DNA from: Selaginella moellendorffii
Lineage: Eukaryota > Plantae > Lycopodiophyta
Assembly: GCF_000143415.4 (NCBI RefSeq)
Contig: NW_003314301.1
Location: forward strand, 166,097-230,096
Reading direction: 5' to 3'
Length of the DNA stretch: 64,000 nucleotides
The translations under genes and the position numbers were made by a program. This document shows, one piece after another, positions 48,927-63,563 of the stretch. How positions within the stretch are numbered: position 1 is the first letter of the stretch; each line of letters opens with the position of its first letter. The notes under the pieces are model-generated. The model searched no databases. It saw only the letters and a list, made by a program, of their open reading frames with translations, and was not told the DNA's origin.

Positions 48927-50640
48927 ATGGGGCTGTCACTGGGAGGAGGATTGGAGACGGCAAACACCCCTCGCAAGAGGCGGCCGTTTGCGCCGTCGCG
49001 GCCACACACGGCAGGGGTTACCGCGATCTCGCACAGGCCACAGACGGCACCAGCGAGGCCCCAGTCGAGCCCCAGGAAGAGAATGGATCGAAACAGCCCC
49101 TATTCTCCGCGGAATCGCGTCGTCACGCCGAGGTCTGCGAACTTGAGCCGGCCCCAAACCGCTGGCGAGCCCTTTGCGCTCAATTCCTCGGCTTGGGGGA
49201 TGAAGCCGATGCCTGCCGGGTCTCCAGCTTCCGGCCGGTCGAGAGGGAGCGATTCTTCCAGGTGTGGCCTCGATCGAGAGACGCTCGTCAAAGAGCTTGT
49301 CGAGTTGAAGAAGCTTGTGGCGGAGCAAAACAGGCAGCAAAAGAAGCAGAAGCTTCTAGCTTCCGCGGTGGAGCACGAGAATAGGTACCATTTCCTTTGT
49401 CATTTCATCACATCTTGTTTTCTTTCGCTGTGATTCTTCCAACTTACAGGAAGTTGGAGAGGGACATATTGGATCTTGAGTTGAAAGGAATTGCCGACGC
49501 CCTCAGTGATTACGACTCACCGTTTCTTCGCGAGAAACTCCAAGGTATGTTAATTGTATTTCCTTTTGATCGAAGCTCTTCAACTCTCTGGCTTGTTTGG
49601 CTGCAAACGTAGATTTCAAGACAAGGATCAGCTACTTGCAAAGGGCTTGCCGGCTCCAAAGTGAGGAGCTCTGCCTTTTGCGAAGAGATGTCCGTGGAAC
49701 GCACACCAAGGTGCCTAGTAGTCTCGTGACAGGGATAGACAGCCCTTAATTTCTTTTTGTCTCGCAAGGGAACAGGAGCTTGAAATGGAGCGAGACGTTT
49801 TTGCAGAGGAAGCGTTCTTCTTGCAGAGGGTGGCGAGAAAGCTGGCAACGATTCAGACCCGGATCAACTCCGAGAACAAGGAGATTCAGCAAATGTTAGC
49901 GAAGAACGAACAGCTGGAAGCAGCCAACTATCAAACCCAGTCCAACATCACGGTATCTCCAGCGTTGTCCCCGATCTCTAGCTGATGGAAACGAGCAAAG
50001 TTTTGCAGGAAGTATCCAATGTGCTTCAGAAGGTGACGCATTCTCTGTCCATCTGCCGGTTCAAGACGAGCGAGGCATCCATCGCCAGCAAGAGGTATTT
50101 GAAGCAGGGCAAGGACGTGAGAAGGCGTGGATTGGCAGCCGAGCAGTCGATCCAACGCCTCAAGGATCAAAAGCTCAGGTTCCAGATCAGGATGTCCATT
50201 CTAGAGAAGAAGCTCGTCGCGTCCAAGAAGGAGCTGGCCATTGTGCTTCAAGAGAGAGACAAAGGCAGGGCAGCTAAAATGAAGAAATACATTGAGGAGC
50301 AAAGCAAGGCCATGAGATCTCCCAGGCACAGGACGCCACCTCGCCGGTCTCCAAAGCCAGTTCCAGCTGACAGCGTTGTGGGAAGTCTCTCTGATCGCTC
50401 ACAAAAGGAGAAGTTTGGCAAGAAAGACTAAGCTTCTTCCTAAGTTCCGGGGACTTACATCCATGGGAGCCTCCACGACAAGTTAACAGACTCCTGGCCG
50501 GAAGAGTTCCTTAAGCGGCCTCTCCAGGTAGCGATTTTCTGCTTTCATCTCATATGTCACTCACACTGGTTTTTTTATTTGCAGAGCAGAGTGTAAAACA
50601 ACTCCAGAGAAGCACAAGCCTTGGAGAAAATGGTAGAATT
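48927..50640 (+). CDS. Uncharacterised coiled-coil protein with N-terminal RPxT/S motifs, multi-exon (3' end uncertain)
   Basis: ORFs at 48927, 49785 and 49985 with short GT-AG introns. RPHTA, RPQTA and RPQSS motifs. Heptad-rich segments. Confidence 0.6.
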
Positions 50641-50657
50641 CATTCATCCATCTCCTC

Positions 50658-52166
50658 CTACTCATATTCATCTAAAGCAGGATCTTCTCGGCAGACGTGT
50701 GACACGAGCATATACGGCCCGGAAGTCGTAACGTTCAACTCCATTATCCTCTGGGCGACGCGCTCGCCTCGCTCGGTATCCCCGTGCTTGCAGCAAGCGC
50801 TCAGCAGCGTCGTCCACGCAGCCACGTCCGGCTTAAACGGCATCGAGGTAAGCAGCTCCTCCGCTTCTTCCAGTAACTTAGCTCGTCCCAGCAGGTCCAC
50901 CATGCAACAAAAGTGCTCCAGCACGAGAGGAACGCCATACACGGGCTTGATCGACACGAAGTGGTCGCGCCCCTGCGAGAGGAGCCCGAGATGAGCGCAA
51001 CCAACGAGCAAGTTGATGAAGGTCACCTCGTTTGGCCGGACTCCGTCCAGGTTTAGCCTCCGAAAGAGCTCCCCGACTTGATGGTGGTGCCCATTTTGAG
51101 CGTAGGCCGTCATCATCGCGTTCCAGGAGACAACGTTCCGGTTTGGCATGAGATCCAGCAACTCTCGAGCTTGGTGGAGGTGGCCGTGCTGCGTGTAAGT
51201 CGCGAGCATACAGTTCAATGAAACCATGTCCTTTTGAGGCATGCTCTCGAAGAAACTCTGCGCTTCCACGAGATGGGCATTTGCGGCGTGTGCTGAGATC
51301 ATTACGTTCCAGGTGAAAACGTCCCAGGCAGGCATTTTTCGGAACAAAGACATAGCCGTGTCAAGATGCCCCTTTTGGGCATTTGCTTGCACCATGCCAT
51401 TCCACGTAACAACGTTCCGCTCGGGGCATTTGATAAACACCTCGCGAGCCTTTTCTAGTTGAAAAGCCTCTACGCAAGCTTGTACCATGGCTGTCCAGGT
51501 TACCACGTTTCTCTGTGGCATGAGATCAAAGGTTTTGGTGGTTTTCAGCAAATCCCCCACATTGGCAAACGCAGTAATTAGAGCAGTCCAGGATATCACG
51601 TCGCGTTCTTCCATTTGGTGAAAAATTTGATGAACTATTGATGTTTCCTTCTTTTCCGCGAACGCAGTGATTAGCCTATTCCACGATCGAATCTCGTGCT
51701 GCGGCATGTAATGAAAGAACTGTTTCGCTTTGTGCAAATCCCCGGCTTGGGCAAATCCAGTTATCATCGAGTTCCACACCGCGCAATCTCTGTGGCACAT
51801 GGTATCGAAGATGGATTTCGCCTCGTCGATGTGTCCCGCGAGCGTATAGCCATTGACCATGGCGGTCCAGGAAACGGCGTCTGGATGCGGCATCATGTTG
51901 AGTGCCGCGCGCGCGCGATCGAAGTGCCCGTTGCGCACGTAGGCGGTGATGAGCGCGTTCCACGAGTAGGAATTCGGATCCGGGATGCGATCGAACACCA
52001 GTTGGGCTTGCTCCACGCACGAAAGCCTCCCATACATGTCCACGAGGAGATTGGCGACGAACCGGCTGTGGCAATTGCTGCTCACGATGAAAGAATCGAT
52101 GGCGCGGAGCTGCGCGACGCTCTCGCTGGACCGGATCGCCCGAATCACACCGGCAAAATCGATCAT
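50658..52166 (-). CDS. Pentatricopeptide repeat protein, PLS class with E-type C-terminus
   Basis: Intronless 502 aa. Repeated 'VVSWNAM/DVISWTAL' short PPR motifs and 'HFCCMVDLLGRA...W.TLLSAC..HGD'. Confidence 0.93.
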   Translation of the reverse strand: MIDFAGVIRAIRSSESVAQLRAIDSFIVSSNCHSRFVANLLVDMYGRLSCVEQAQLVFDRIPDPNSYSWNALITAYVRNGHFDRARAALNMMPHPDAVSWTAMVNGYTLAGHIDEAKSIFDTMCHRDCAVWNSMITGFAQAGDLHKAKQFFHYMPQHEIRSWNRLITAFAEKKETSIVHQIFHQMEERDVISWTALITAFANVGDLLKTTKTFDLMPQRNVVTWTAMVQACVEAFQLEKAREVFIKCPERNVVTWNGMVQANAQKGHLDTAMSLFRKMPAWDVFTWNVMISAHAANAHLVEAQSFFESMPQKDMVSLNCMLATYTQHGHLHQARELLDLMPNRNVVSWNAMMTAYAQNGHHHQVGELFRRLNLDGVRPNEVTFINLLVGCAHLGLLSQGRDHFVSIKPVYGVPLVLEHFCCMVDLLGRAKLLEEAEELLTSMPFKPDVAAWTTLLSACCKHGDTERGERVAQRIMELNVTTSGPYMLVSHVCREDPALDEYE

Positions 52167-52499
52167 TCGCCGCTACCTTCGCCATCAAAGAAAGAACATC
52201 CCGGGGAGATGAGACCAAGAATGTTTAAACTATTACAAGTATAGAATATTCTGGCGAGTATATGAAATATTCTACATCATGGGTTTCTGCTGTCTCCAAG
52301 GGGCCTGCATCCCAAGCAGGAGAGCTCCTCCTGCTCTTCAACCAGAAGGGGTTGCCTCTGTGACTTGGAGTTATATTTGCGATTGAGTTTGTGGAGTTGA
52401 TGATGTTGCAGAAAAATTGGCAGAGCACTCGAAATTGTTTTGTTTCACTTTTGGCGCTCATAAGATTGTCCTATAGACAGATGATAGAATTGTGACAAT

Positions 52500-53500
52500 G
52501 GTGGTGATTATCAAAGACACTTTGAGTAGTCAGGTTTGGAGCAACTGATATGTTCATTGAGGTGGAAGTGGGCTAGAGGAGGCGATTGCAAAGGAGGAGG
52601 CTGGAAACGGCTCTCGGAAGCTCCCTGGAGGCTTCATATCTTTCTTCGCTGGAGATTCATATCTTTCGGATGACAACGAAATTGCAAGGTAGGTAGAGCT
52701 CTGTTATTTTGAAGCTTATCTAGATCTATGATGAGGATGCATTGGGCTCTCGCGAAGTCCAGATGCTGGCTCCCTCCTGCATGACGAGTTCGTGTGCATG
52801 AATCTCCAGGCTATGGGCGAAGATGGGAACCTGAAAGATGGCGCGTTGCCCGAGTTTCTTAACTTCAGGCCTGCGTACGCGAAGCCCTCGCTTCCAGCAG
52901 CGCTTGCTCACGAGGCCTTCGGGAACGTGTTCGGACATCGTCTTCTTCATGAAGCTGGCAGTCAAGTGTTCCCGGTATTACGATTACAAGGATGAAGTCG
53001 CCGAGTTATGGAAAGCAGGAATGGACTTTATCAACGAACTCAACACTGGGGGGCTGAGCTGCCGCCACCATGATTTGCGGGCTTTATTGACAGCTTTGGA
53101 GGCGAAAGTTGGGATATTCGCAAGCAAGTGTGACCCAGGCAAGCAAGGCCCGCAGTATGTGAGGCCCTACTGGGCAGATTGGAGACAGGGATAAGTTCTA
53201 CCTGACTCGTTATCCTGCACTGCTGATCGAGCACATTGGGCCCTTCGTTCGGATCAGTGCCGTTTTTTTGTTGGCAAGGTGTGCGTCACTCCGCTGACTC
53301 AACTTGCTGCTGCTTCACTAGCACGACATGTCCGTCGTTCACCTTTGCAAGGCAACCAGGCTGGCCCTGCAGGAGCTCTCTAGCTTCTACAGGAACCACA
53401 AAGGTGGGCACCTGACTGTCCCGTACCCTCTCAAGTGTTTCAAATACGTTCCCTGGCCCTTGGCAGCAGGGAAGCTGTTTTTTCTTGTCCGCAGCATGGT
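52500..53500 (+). pseudogene. Unidentified gene fragment(s)
   Basis: GC-rich, exon-like ORFs (52792, 52838, 53328) with no family I can recognise. Confidence 0.3.
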
Positions 53501-53999
53501 GGAGGTAAGGCTCTTAAGAGTGTTCAGATTTGTGATTTTTCTTTAGATTTAGCTTTAGCATCATTGATTTTCTTTTATTTTTTAAATTTTTTCTCCTCTC
53601 ACAGTAAGTAAATCCTTTATTTATGGAGTAATAATTGCTATAATTGCTAAATGTTATGTAGTTGTAACTAGACAATTAAACACAATTGATAGCAATATTC
53701 ATGACATATGGTGCAACTTCTCTTCCTCCTACTCCTTTTACCAATCCTTAAATCTAGTTGGATTTTTTCTATAGAAATTCTAAAGATGATATATATTATT
53801 GGTTTAATCAATTCATAGTAAGTGCCACTTATCATTTTTAGGATGATGTTTGGATTTCATTATTACTTCTTACCATTTGTTCATGCTCTTCTCATGTTCC
53901 CTCAATAATCTTTATAGTATTATAGTTGATTGGCTCAAAAAAAAGTATATTGATTTCTTCGACTTTCATATGTCTTCTAGGGAAAAGATTGCAATATGT

Positions 54000-54900
54000 C
54001 AATCTTCTTATAATTAAAGATGTTCATTTAAACAAGATTTATGTTTAGTATTAATCACCAAAAGAGATCAAAATCTTGTGAGCCAATATTAAGGAAATGT
54101 TAGAGAAGGGTGTTATTTGGAAAGTTTGAAATTGTTAACTATATAAACCTTATTTATGAAGTATGATAAAAGGATTTGGTTCAACATCAACTATCACCCA
54201 TTGAATGATATGATAGTTTTGAGTATGTACCCACTTCCTCGTTTAAAACAAAGCCATTAGCTCACCATGTTAGATCTCACCTTTATGTATTGGCAATATT
54301 TTTAAAATTATTTTCTATATGAATGGATCAAAACATCATTAATGGATCATCTTTGACATATTATAAAAAACTTTATCCATATATTAGAAAGTCACTAAAA
54401 CATTACTCAAACCAAATACCATCATTAAGTACTTGTATAAACTAAATAGTGAAGGTGATGTGGGAAGAACATATTTATGATGTACATAAGGTTTGGATTG
54501 GTTATATAAAGTTGGTTTGAAGCTAAAGTAGTTTATAAAATCTAAAAACACCACTTATCTTAGGTTTTACATTTCTTATGAAGGTTTGCAAATTAATTTT
54601 GACAAGCTTATAATTGTTTTAAATTTTTCTACACTGAAGTGTATGAATAATGCATAGTGTTTCATTGGCAAAGTGCAATATCTTATTAATTATATTTTTT
54701 ATTGTACTGCACCATTGTAAACATTATTAGAGTCATTGATATCATCTTTCATCTAATGTAAAACTGTAAATAGGTATTTATAGAACTCAAGGATGTTTTG
54801 CTAACTCCTCTACTTTTGGTATACACTAATTACATTTATCCTTTCATCTTGAGCATGAATGCTTATAATATTGATTGAAGGATGCTAATATAAGAGAGTT
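54000..54900 (+). pseudogene. Heavily decayed Ty3/gypsy RT remnant in AT-rich DNA
   Basis: Relict 'YPLPR' (~54228), 'LDL...YWQ' and 'YLRF.IS.EG' motifs with many stops. Confidence 0.55.
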
Positions 54901-56604
54901 TGAGTGTGCCTAATAAGTGGCTTAATAGTACTATATTTATGGTTGAGACATTTTATATATTAACATATCAACTAAGGATATGCCACACTTTTGTGAATGT
55001 TTATTATCCACAAATAAATAGTTTGATAAAATGATTTGTTAAAACCTTCAAGGGGATGATGGCAAAGTATATAACTTTTCAATTAGAATGTGATAGTTAT
55101 TTACATTTCTTTGGTATAGTTATATTATGAAGTGCAAAGTTTTACTGTTTCTTCACTATATAAAGTCTTATATACTCATGATCCTAGTTTGCCAATAAAA
55201 TTGAGTTTATCTTTGTGATAGCTATAAACTATTAACATTGGGTAATGGGATTAATAGTTAATAATCATTCCTTCATTTATTTTAGTGGAACTTGATAAAC
55301 ATTTGAGCAGTTGGATAAAAATGGTACTGCAACATTAATTGTCACTATTTATGAAGTGTAGAGTGGATGATCGAGTGTTAATTCATTCTACCTGTCTTAT
55401 AGTATATAGTTTATGTAAGGGGTTCATTGTTAGTTGAAAAAGACTATATAGCAAATTGAGTCATAAATTTATAAGGTTTAGCATAAAACTTTGAGCCTCC
55501 AGAAATTATACATGTAAAATGCTTCATATAAAGAGATTAGGAATAAATTACACTACTTATATATCCACCAATACCTCATTTTCCTGAACTATCAACTAAA
55601 GAACAATAATTATTTTCCATCCTTCTGAGAGAAGGGGATGGTATAAGGGTAAGTGTATAGTTATAATGCCATATACTATTATAAGTGTAATAAAATATTT
55701 ATATAGAATTGACTCAATTTTTAACTCACTCTCAATTCTCTCTAGATTTAAATAGTGATCCCAAAGAGATCTCACTACTAATGATACTAGTTGATAAATG
55801 ATTATTTGTTCAGTTTTTGGTTGGAAAACCAAAGGTATTAAGGGAAACTAGATTAAACATAGTTTTTAAGTCTAGGATACATTCTATCAATTTCAATATT
55901 AATTATAATAATAAAAATGGTATATTTATTATCAATAACTAATAATCAAATGAAAAAATATTTCAGCTCATCTTTTAGAATATTTAGAATTTTTTTTTGA
56001 GTGGGTTTTGATTTTGCAACTCAAGGAACTTAAGTTTCATATATGTTTCAGAGCATTTTGTATTTTAAAATTTTTTAATAAAACGAATTTTAGAAAGCGT
56101 TCTATGAATATTTCTTATTAAAATTAATTAAAATTAAAATATATGCTCTAAATATTGTAATATACTTTTTACAAATAAGAAATTAATAAATAAAACTTAC
56201 TTCTTTTATTTTTCATTAAGATTCTCAAGAGTGGGTCCCCTAAAATACTACCTTGATAGAGGTGATATTGTATTAACTGCCAGATCATCAATAAAGCTGA
56301 GATAATTCTGTCCATCATCTTATTATAGTATTTTAATTCTTTAAAATACATATTGACACTGTTGTTACAAGTTAAGTTTTATATAATATAAACTTATTTA
56401 ATTATATTTTCTAATTTAGCCAATTGTTAGATTTTGAGAAAAAAATCTTAATGGCTAAGTTACAACTTAAAAACCTTTAAATGTGTGTATGGTAGTAACT
56501 TCAGGTCATTTGTGTGGTGTCATCTACACAAAGTTTTTCCTTTCATAATCTTAAATGACATTGATTCACCAAGCTTAAATCTTATTTTAAATCATTTAAC
56601 ACTT

Positions 56605-57507
56605 ATGTTTGAAATAATGTTTTTAATATTTTTAATATTATTCATAAAATTTACTATTTCAACTATAAATTATAGTGGAAAAAATAGTATGACAGTTGAT
56701 AGTGTTAATTTAATTATTCTTGCTATTGAATTAATGATTAATAACACTGAATCTGGAGAGTTACCAAAAGGTCAAAGTATGCAATATGATTATACAATAC
56801 AAGATGATATATATGGTCCTTTAAGCATGACAAATCAAATATGGATTTATAGTTCAAATGGAAACTTTATTGATACAACTTGTGGAGCAAATCTTGTTGA
56901 ATATGAACACGATGATGGTGATAATGTAAGACATAGATTGACTACTCTATTAAATTTATATCGTAATAATATTCTTAATTTACGTGCAAGATTTGTTAGA
57001 ATAGTATTTGGTTCTTATGCTATTGAGTTTATGGAAAAACATTCTGCACATAGATTACCACAAATTCAACATACTATATCCAATAATTTACATGATTGTA
57101 GAATTTATCTCACTACTTTAATTAGTAATATGCCTTACAATTCCTTAAAAGCTACTGAATTTTTATTATCACCAAATAATAAAGCTTATTTATATTTACA
57201 TTTAAATTGTATTCTTGCTTTATATGTAAGAAATGCTATAAAATGGTATAAAGGATCTTCAAATTTTAAAAACTGTGAATTTAAGATAGAAATGGATGGG
57301 AATATTGTACTGTATTCTGATAATTCAATTATGGTTTGGTCTCCTAATGTATATTGTAATAAGAAGAGAAATTGTGATATAGGAAAAACATTTCTTTCTC
57401 TTCAAAGTGACTGTAATTTGGTATTATATGAATCCCATCAGAAAACATTTTTAAAACATCCTAAATTGAAGGTATTGTGGGCTTCAAATACAAACCCATG
57501 TAATTAA
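56605..57507 (+). CDS. AT-rich intronless protein: hydrophobic N-terminus, unknown middle domain, C-terminal bulb-type (B) lectin domain
   Basis: 'LLSPN', 'EMDGNIVLY...VWS' and 'LQSDCNLVLY...VLWASNT' are QxDxNxVxY-type B-lectin motifs. The ATG at 56605 starts a signal-peptide-like stretch. Confidence 0.7.
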   Translation: MFEIMFLIFLILFIKFTISTINYSGKNSMTVDSVNLIILAIELMINNTESGELPKGQSMQYDYTIQDDIYGPLSMTNQIWIYSSNGNFIDTTCGANLVEYEHDDGDNVRHRLTTLLNLYRNNILNLRARFVRIVFGSYAIEFMEKHSAHRLPQIQHTISNNLHDCRIYLTTLISNMPYNSLKATEFLLSPNNKAYLYLHLNCILALYVRNAIKWYKGSSNFKNCEFKIEMDGNIVLYSDNSIMVWSPNVYCNKKRNCDIGKTFLSLQSDCNLVLYESHQKTFLKHPKLKVLWASNTNPCN

Positions 57508-57701
57508 TTGTAATTTCTTTGCTATGCCCTTTGCAAATTGAGAGAAAACTGTGATAATTTGTATACAACTAGTCAACAATTTTCAAAAGAAATAAAGACT
57601 CTACCTACTTCAGTTGCTCCCTTAGAGAAACTCCTTAATACGGTTTCTATGTTTTTTGAGATGTAATTTAGATTTACATGCAGTTTAAGGGTAATTTAAA
57701 G

Positions 57702-58830
57702 TTAAACCCTAGAAATATTTCTCTTTCGATTATGCCCTCCATCTTCCCATGTGAGATCCGAGAAGCTCCATTTCGGCGCTTGGGGATCCGCCGTTATGGT
57801 TCCCTTGGCGGAGACGGTGACGCTGTAGGTCAGCTTCTGTCCGGGCTTGTGAAGCTCAGCTTGCTGGGAGTGACCGAGATCGAGATTCCCTTGGCGCTTC
57901 CCCGGAAGCGGTGTAGGTCGCGCCGGGATTTCCCACATTGGTCACTGTCCTCTCCACCGTCTTGCTGGATCCATCCAAGAGGACTGCGATGGAGGGATAG
58001 TTATGGCTGAAAGAGGTGTCGTTCTTGGGGCATTTGCTGCTACTGTCGCCTGTGATGTTTTGGATTTGCTTGGAGGTATAGCCCGAGTTACATATAGTCG
58101 AGAGGATCAGTGTCGTAGACTAGTCCTGGATCGACTACTTTTGCTGGTTGGATCTCACCGTTTCCAACGTCGAAAACAGTCGCTGCCTTGTTAGTGCTTG
58201 GATCGACGATTGTTTTGTTGGTGTTGGCTTTGGTGATAGCTTGAGTCTCCAGTTTTATTTTGTTTTCTCTCGACTTACCTGTGGTCATGACTGCTGATTT
58301 GATCGCCGCAGGACTCCATGTTGGGTGAATGGATTTCAAGTAAGCGATGGTGCCACTGACGTGAGGGCACGCCATGGAAGTTCCAGAGAGAAAAGTGTAC
58401 TCCACGAACACTTCCTTTCCATTGTCAGTGTCGGGGATATTGCTTGGCCAAGCTGCTAAGATCTCGACTCCTGGAGCGGTAACGTCCGGCTGCAACGCGA
58501 GATAAGTCACAAGCTTCATGGTATGTTTTTCGAGTACCTTGATGATATCCGGACTGATTGTGTGTGGACCTCTTGACGAAAACTCCGCTACGAGAGGTGC
58601 TGGCTTGTAAGGAATCGTTGTTCCTCTGAGAATTCGTGATTTACGACTGCACAGAAAGCACGAAGCCAAGAGTAAGTTTCCATCACCTTTTGATCATCTG
58701 TTATACTTACTTGGCTGCTATTTTAGCATCCTCGTTGATCTCCCTGTCGATTGTACTGGCACCGACTGTGAAGATCCAGGGAGCACCGTTGGACACTAGA
58801 GTTTCCACCAGCGCAAGAGACCATGATTCC
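57702..58830 (-). pseudogene. Subtilisin-like protease (S8) 3' fragment, probable pseudogene
   Basis: 'APWIFTVGASTIDR', 'FSSRGP', 'PDVTAPGVEILAAW', 'SGTSMACPHVSG', 'DPGLVYD'. Frame break near 58088 and no N-terminal half visible. Confidence 0.85.
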
Positions 58831-59849
58831 TCTTTCAACGGCGTGATAGGCACCAATCGCAATGACGTCTATGCTGTAAACTCCGAGATGGACTAAGCGA
58901 TTGTTTAGATTGCTAAACCTTTCTTTTTCTTTTTATCTTTGTTTTTTGAGCAGGAAAAAGAAAATTTTTGCTGAGCATAATTCCTAGCTCGCTGAAGAGC
59001 TCACAATGAGGTCTGCCAACTTGCTGGAAGAGCGAAACCGAAATGCACAATCGGAGGCTGAGTTGCAAGCCAAGAATTCTTCCTTGCTACTGGCTGTTGA
59101 TTGATGACTTGAATATTGAAAGGGCTGCCAAGGAGAAAGAAGACGCTCTGGTACGAAGTCGAAAGATCTGGAAACGGAAAAACATGGATTATCTGGTGTA
59201 AGATCGTTGTGAAATGACTTGCAATGTCAGGAATTGCGATTTGTCAAAGAGGATGCTGCCGTTAAAGAACATTTATCAATTGAAGCTACCACTGTAAGAT
59301 CTGTATTTTCTTGTTTTGCTTTCATACTGACAGAATCTCCTATTTAACAGGCATCAAAGCTGGCCGAACTTTATAAACACAGTGGTCTAAAAATTAGTGC
59401 ACACTTCTCTAGGATGTATGTTCTTAGTCTCCATTGACCACTACTCTGCATAAAAGACTGCAAGAAAAGTCCCAAAGCATGGTGAATGAGTGTCTTTGCT
59501 ATAAACTTGCCAGTTTTCAACTTTGTGTTTATCATTCACGTAGTTGTGGGATAGGTCAGCCAGCACAATATTGTTGAGAGGTGTATGTAAAATCCCACCT
59601 CCCACTCATGCTTCTAAGCTGGCATTGGGGTTTCAGCCACCCCAATGTTCATCAACTCCCATTTTCCTGTGGAGACTGCAACAAGGAGGGGAGATCCAAA
59701 GCCATCTTTGGTCTTCCTCATTTTTTTCTTGATGTATTTGTCAGACTGTTGAAAAGCACTACTACTGTTTTTTTCTTCTGTCCTTGTTTTTTTTTTTTTT
59801 GCCTTGACAGCAACCCCAGAAAGCATTTCTCCAATCTCCTCTGAATTTG

Positions 59850-60230
59850 AAATTCCATGGGAAACTTGTGTTTGCCATTGTTCATGTTGTTGTTGAAAGC
59901 CTTCACCAAACACGCCTCCCCGATCAGCCGTACGCACTCACATATGGTCGCGACCAAGATCTTCTTGGCATCTAATCAAACTCCACAATGGCCGCCTCCA
60001 CTCTATGCAATCCACACAAGCATCTGCTCGATCACCTCCACTGCCTCGTCCAGCTTCCCAGCCTTGCAAATCTCCGCTATGGAAAGGCTGGATGTCACAG
60101 CGTGTGGACCGTGCGACGAACCCGGATGGTGCAGAGCTGCACAACGCTCTTGCGGATTGCCCGAATCACACTAGCAAAATCGACCATTCGCCGCTTACCT
60201 TAGGAGATGAAACCAAGAATGTTTAAATTG
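59850..60230 (-). pseudogene. PPR gene relic, paralog of the 5' end of the 50658-52166 gene
   Basis: 60159-60226 (GCCCGAATCACAC...GGAGATGAAACCAAGAATGTTTAAA) matches 52138-52229. Frameshifted. Confidence 0.7.
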
Positions 60231-60682
60231 TAGCATATTCCCTATCGAATAATTCATACGAATATAGAATATGCTTACCAATATAGAATATGAGTATGGA
60301 ATATTCTAGCTCCTGCTTAGAACCTCGAGAGCTTGGAGAAGCTAAACTTGAATGGGTTCCAAAGGAGACCAATCTTCAAGAGATTCCATCCACCAAGTAT
60401 CTGCCATAGCCACTACCCATGAATCCTCGTGGAGAAATCCAGAGTGAAGAAGAAACACAAGAGCGGGATAGCAAGCCAAGTTACATGAGCAAGCCGGTGA
60501 ATTCCAGCGAACTTTGGTACCACCCGAGCATCATCAGCTGAGCCACAGCAAGCACAGATCAATCCCAGAGAAAGGAGCAAAGAAAATTGAAGTAAACCGA
60601 GGCTTGCTTGCTTGCTCGCTCGCTTGCAATCGCTCCAGAGCGACAACGTAGAGGAATCGCTGCGTTGTCGCTTGCCAAGCTT

Positions 60683-62689
<2,007 letters not shown>

Positions 62690-62736
62690 CTAGGGCACAG
62701 GTGGAAAGGACACGTCTTTTAAGAGCGCTGGTTCTC

Positions 62737-63563
62737 TTACACGCAAGTAGAAACCGTGACAATGTCGGAGATCCAGCCAATGTACTCGAATTTGCAGCGG
62801 TGCTCCACGGTGTGGAGCTCCTGCGCGTTCTTCTTGAGGTATCGCCAGAAGCTGGGCGATCCAGGGAAGCCCATATTGTCCGCCACGATTACGCTGCCAC
62901 TCTTGAGCAGCCCCTCTTCCTTGAGCTGGAGATAATCCTTGAGATAGACGTTCTTGTTGTGATCGATGAAGACCAGATCGATGGCGCTCAGCTGGAGCTC
63001 GTCGCGGATGATCGATTTGAGCTCCGCAAGGCAACTCTCGAGCGTGCCCTCGAGAACGCGGACCCTATCAGACAGACCTGCGAGAGATAATCAGGGCCGT
63101 TAGCTTCAAAATCGTGATCCAACGGTGAAGGACACACGAGGAAGAACACGAGCTACTCACCTGCAATCTCCACCATTTTCCTCGCGATCTGGACGTTCTG
63201 GGGATTCATCTCAATGCTGATCAGCAGCCCATTTGGATCTTTCATCCGCGACGCGATTCTCACTGCCGAGTAGCCGCAGTAAGCACCCAGCTCCAGCGCG
63301 AGCCGGGGATTGGAGCGCTCCACAACCGAGTCGAGAATGGGGCCTTTGTCGTCGCCGATGTTCATGAACCACGTCCCCTTGGATGCGGTGTAGCGATCGA
63401 TTACATCCAGCACGGATTTGGGATTCCCTGGCTCGGCCTCTGCGACTACGTGCTCGAGGAGCCGCTGCTCTCGCCCATCGCCCACCTGGCCCCGGAAGAA
63501 GGTACTCGGGCTCGTCATCGCCCGGAGGAAGGATAGCGTCTTGGACACGGATGGAGGAAGCAT
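62737..63563 (-). CDS. Catechol O-methyltransferase-like (animal/fungal/actinobacterial-type), 2 exons, intron 63078-63160
   Basis: 'GDGREQRLL.HV', 'MNIGDDKG.ILD', 'LELGAYCGYSAVR', 'DLVFIDHNKNVYL.D', 'VIVADN'. The splice keeps the frame. Confidence 0.9.
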
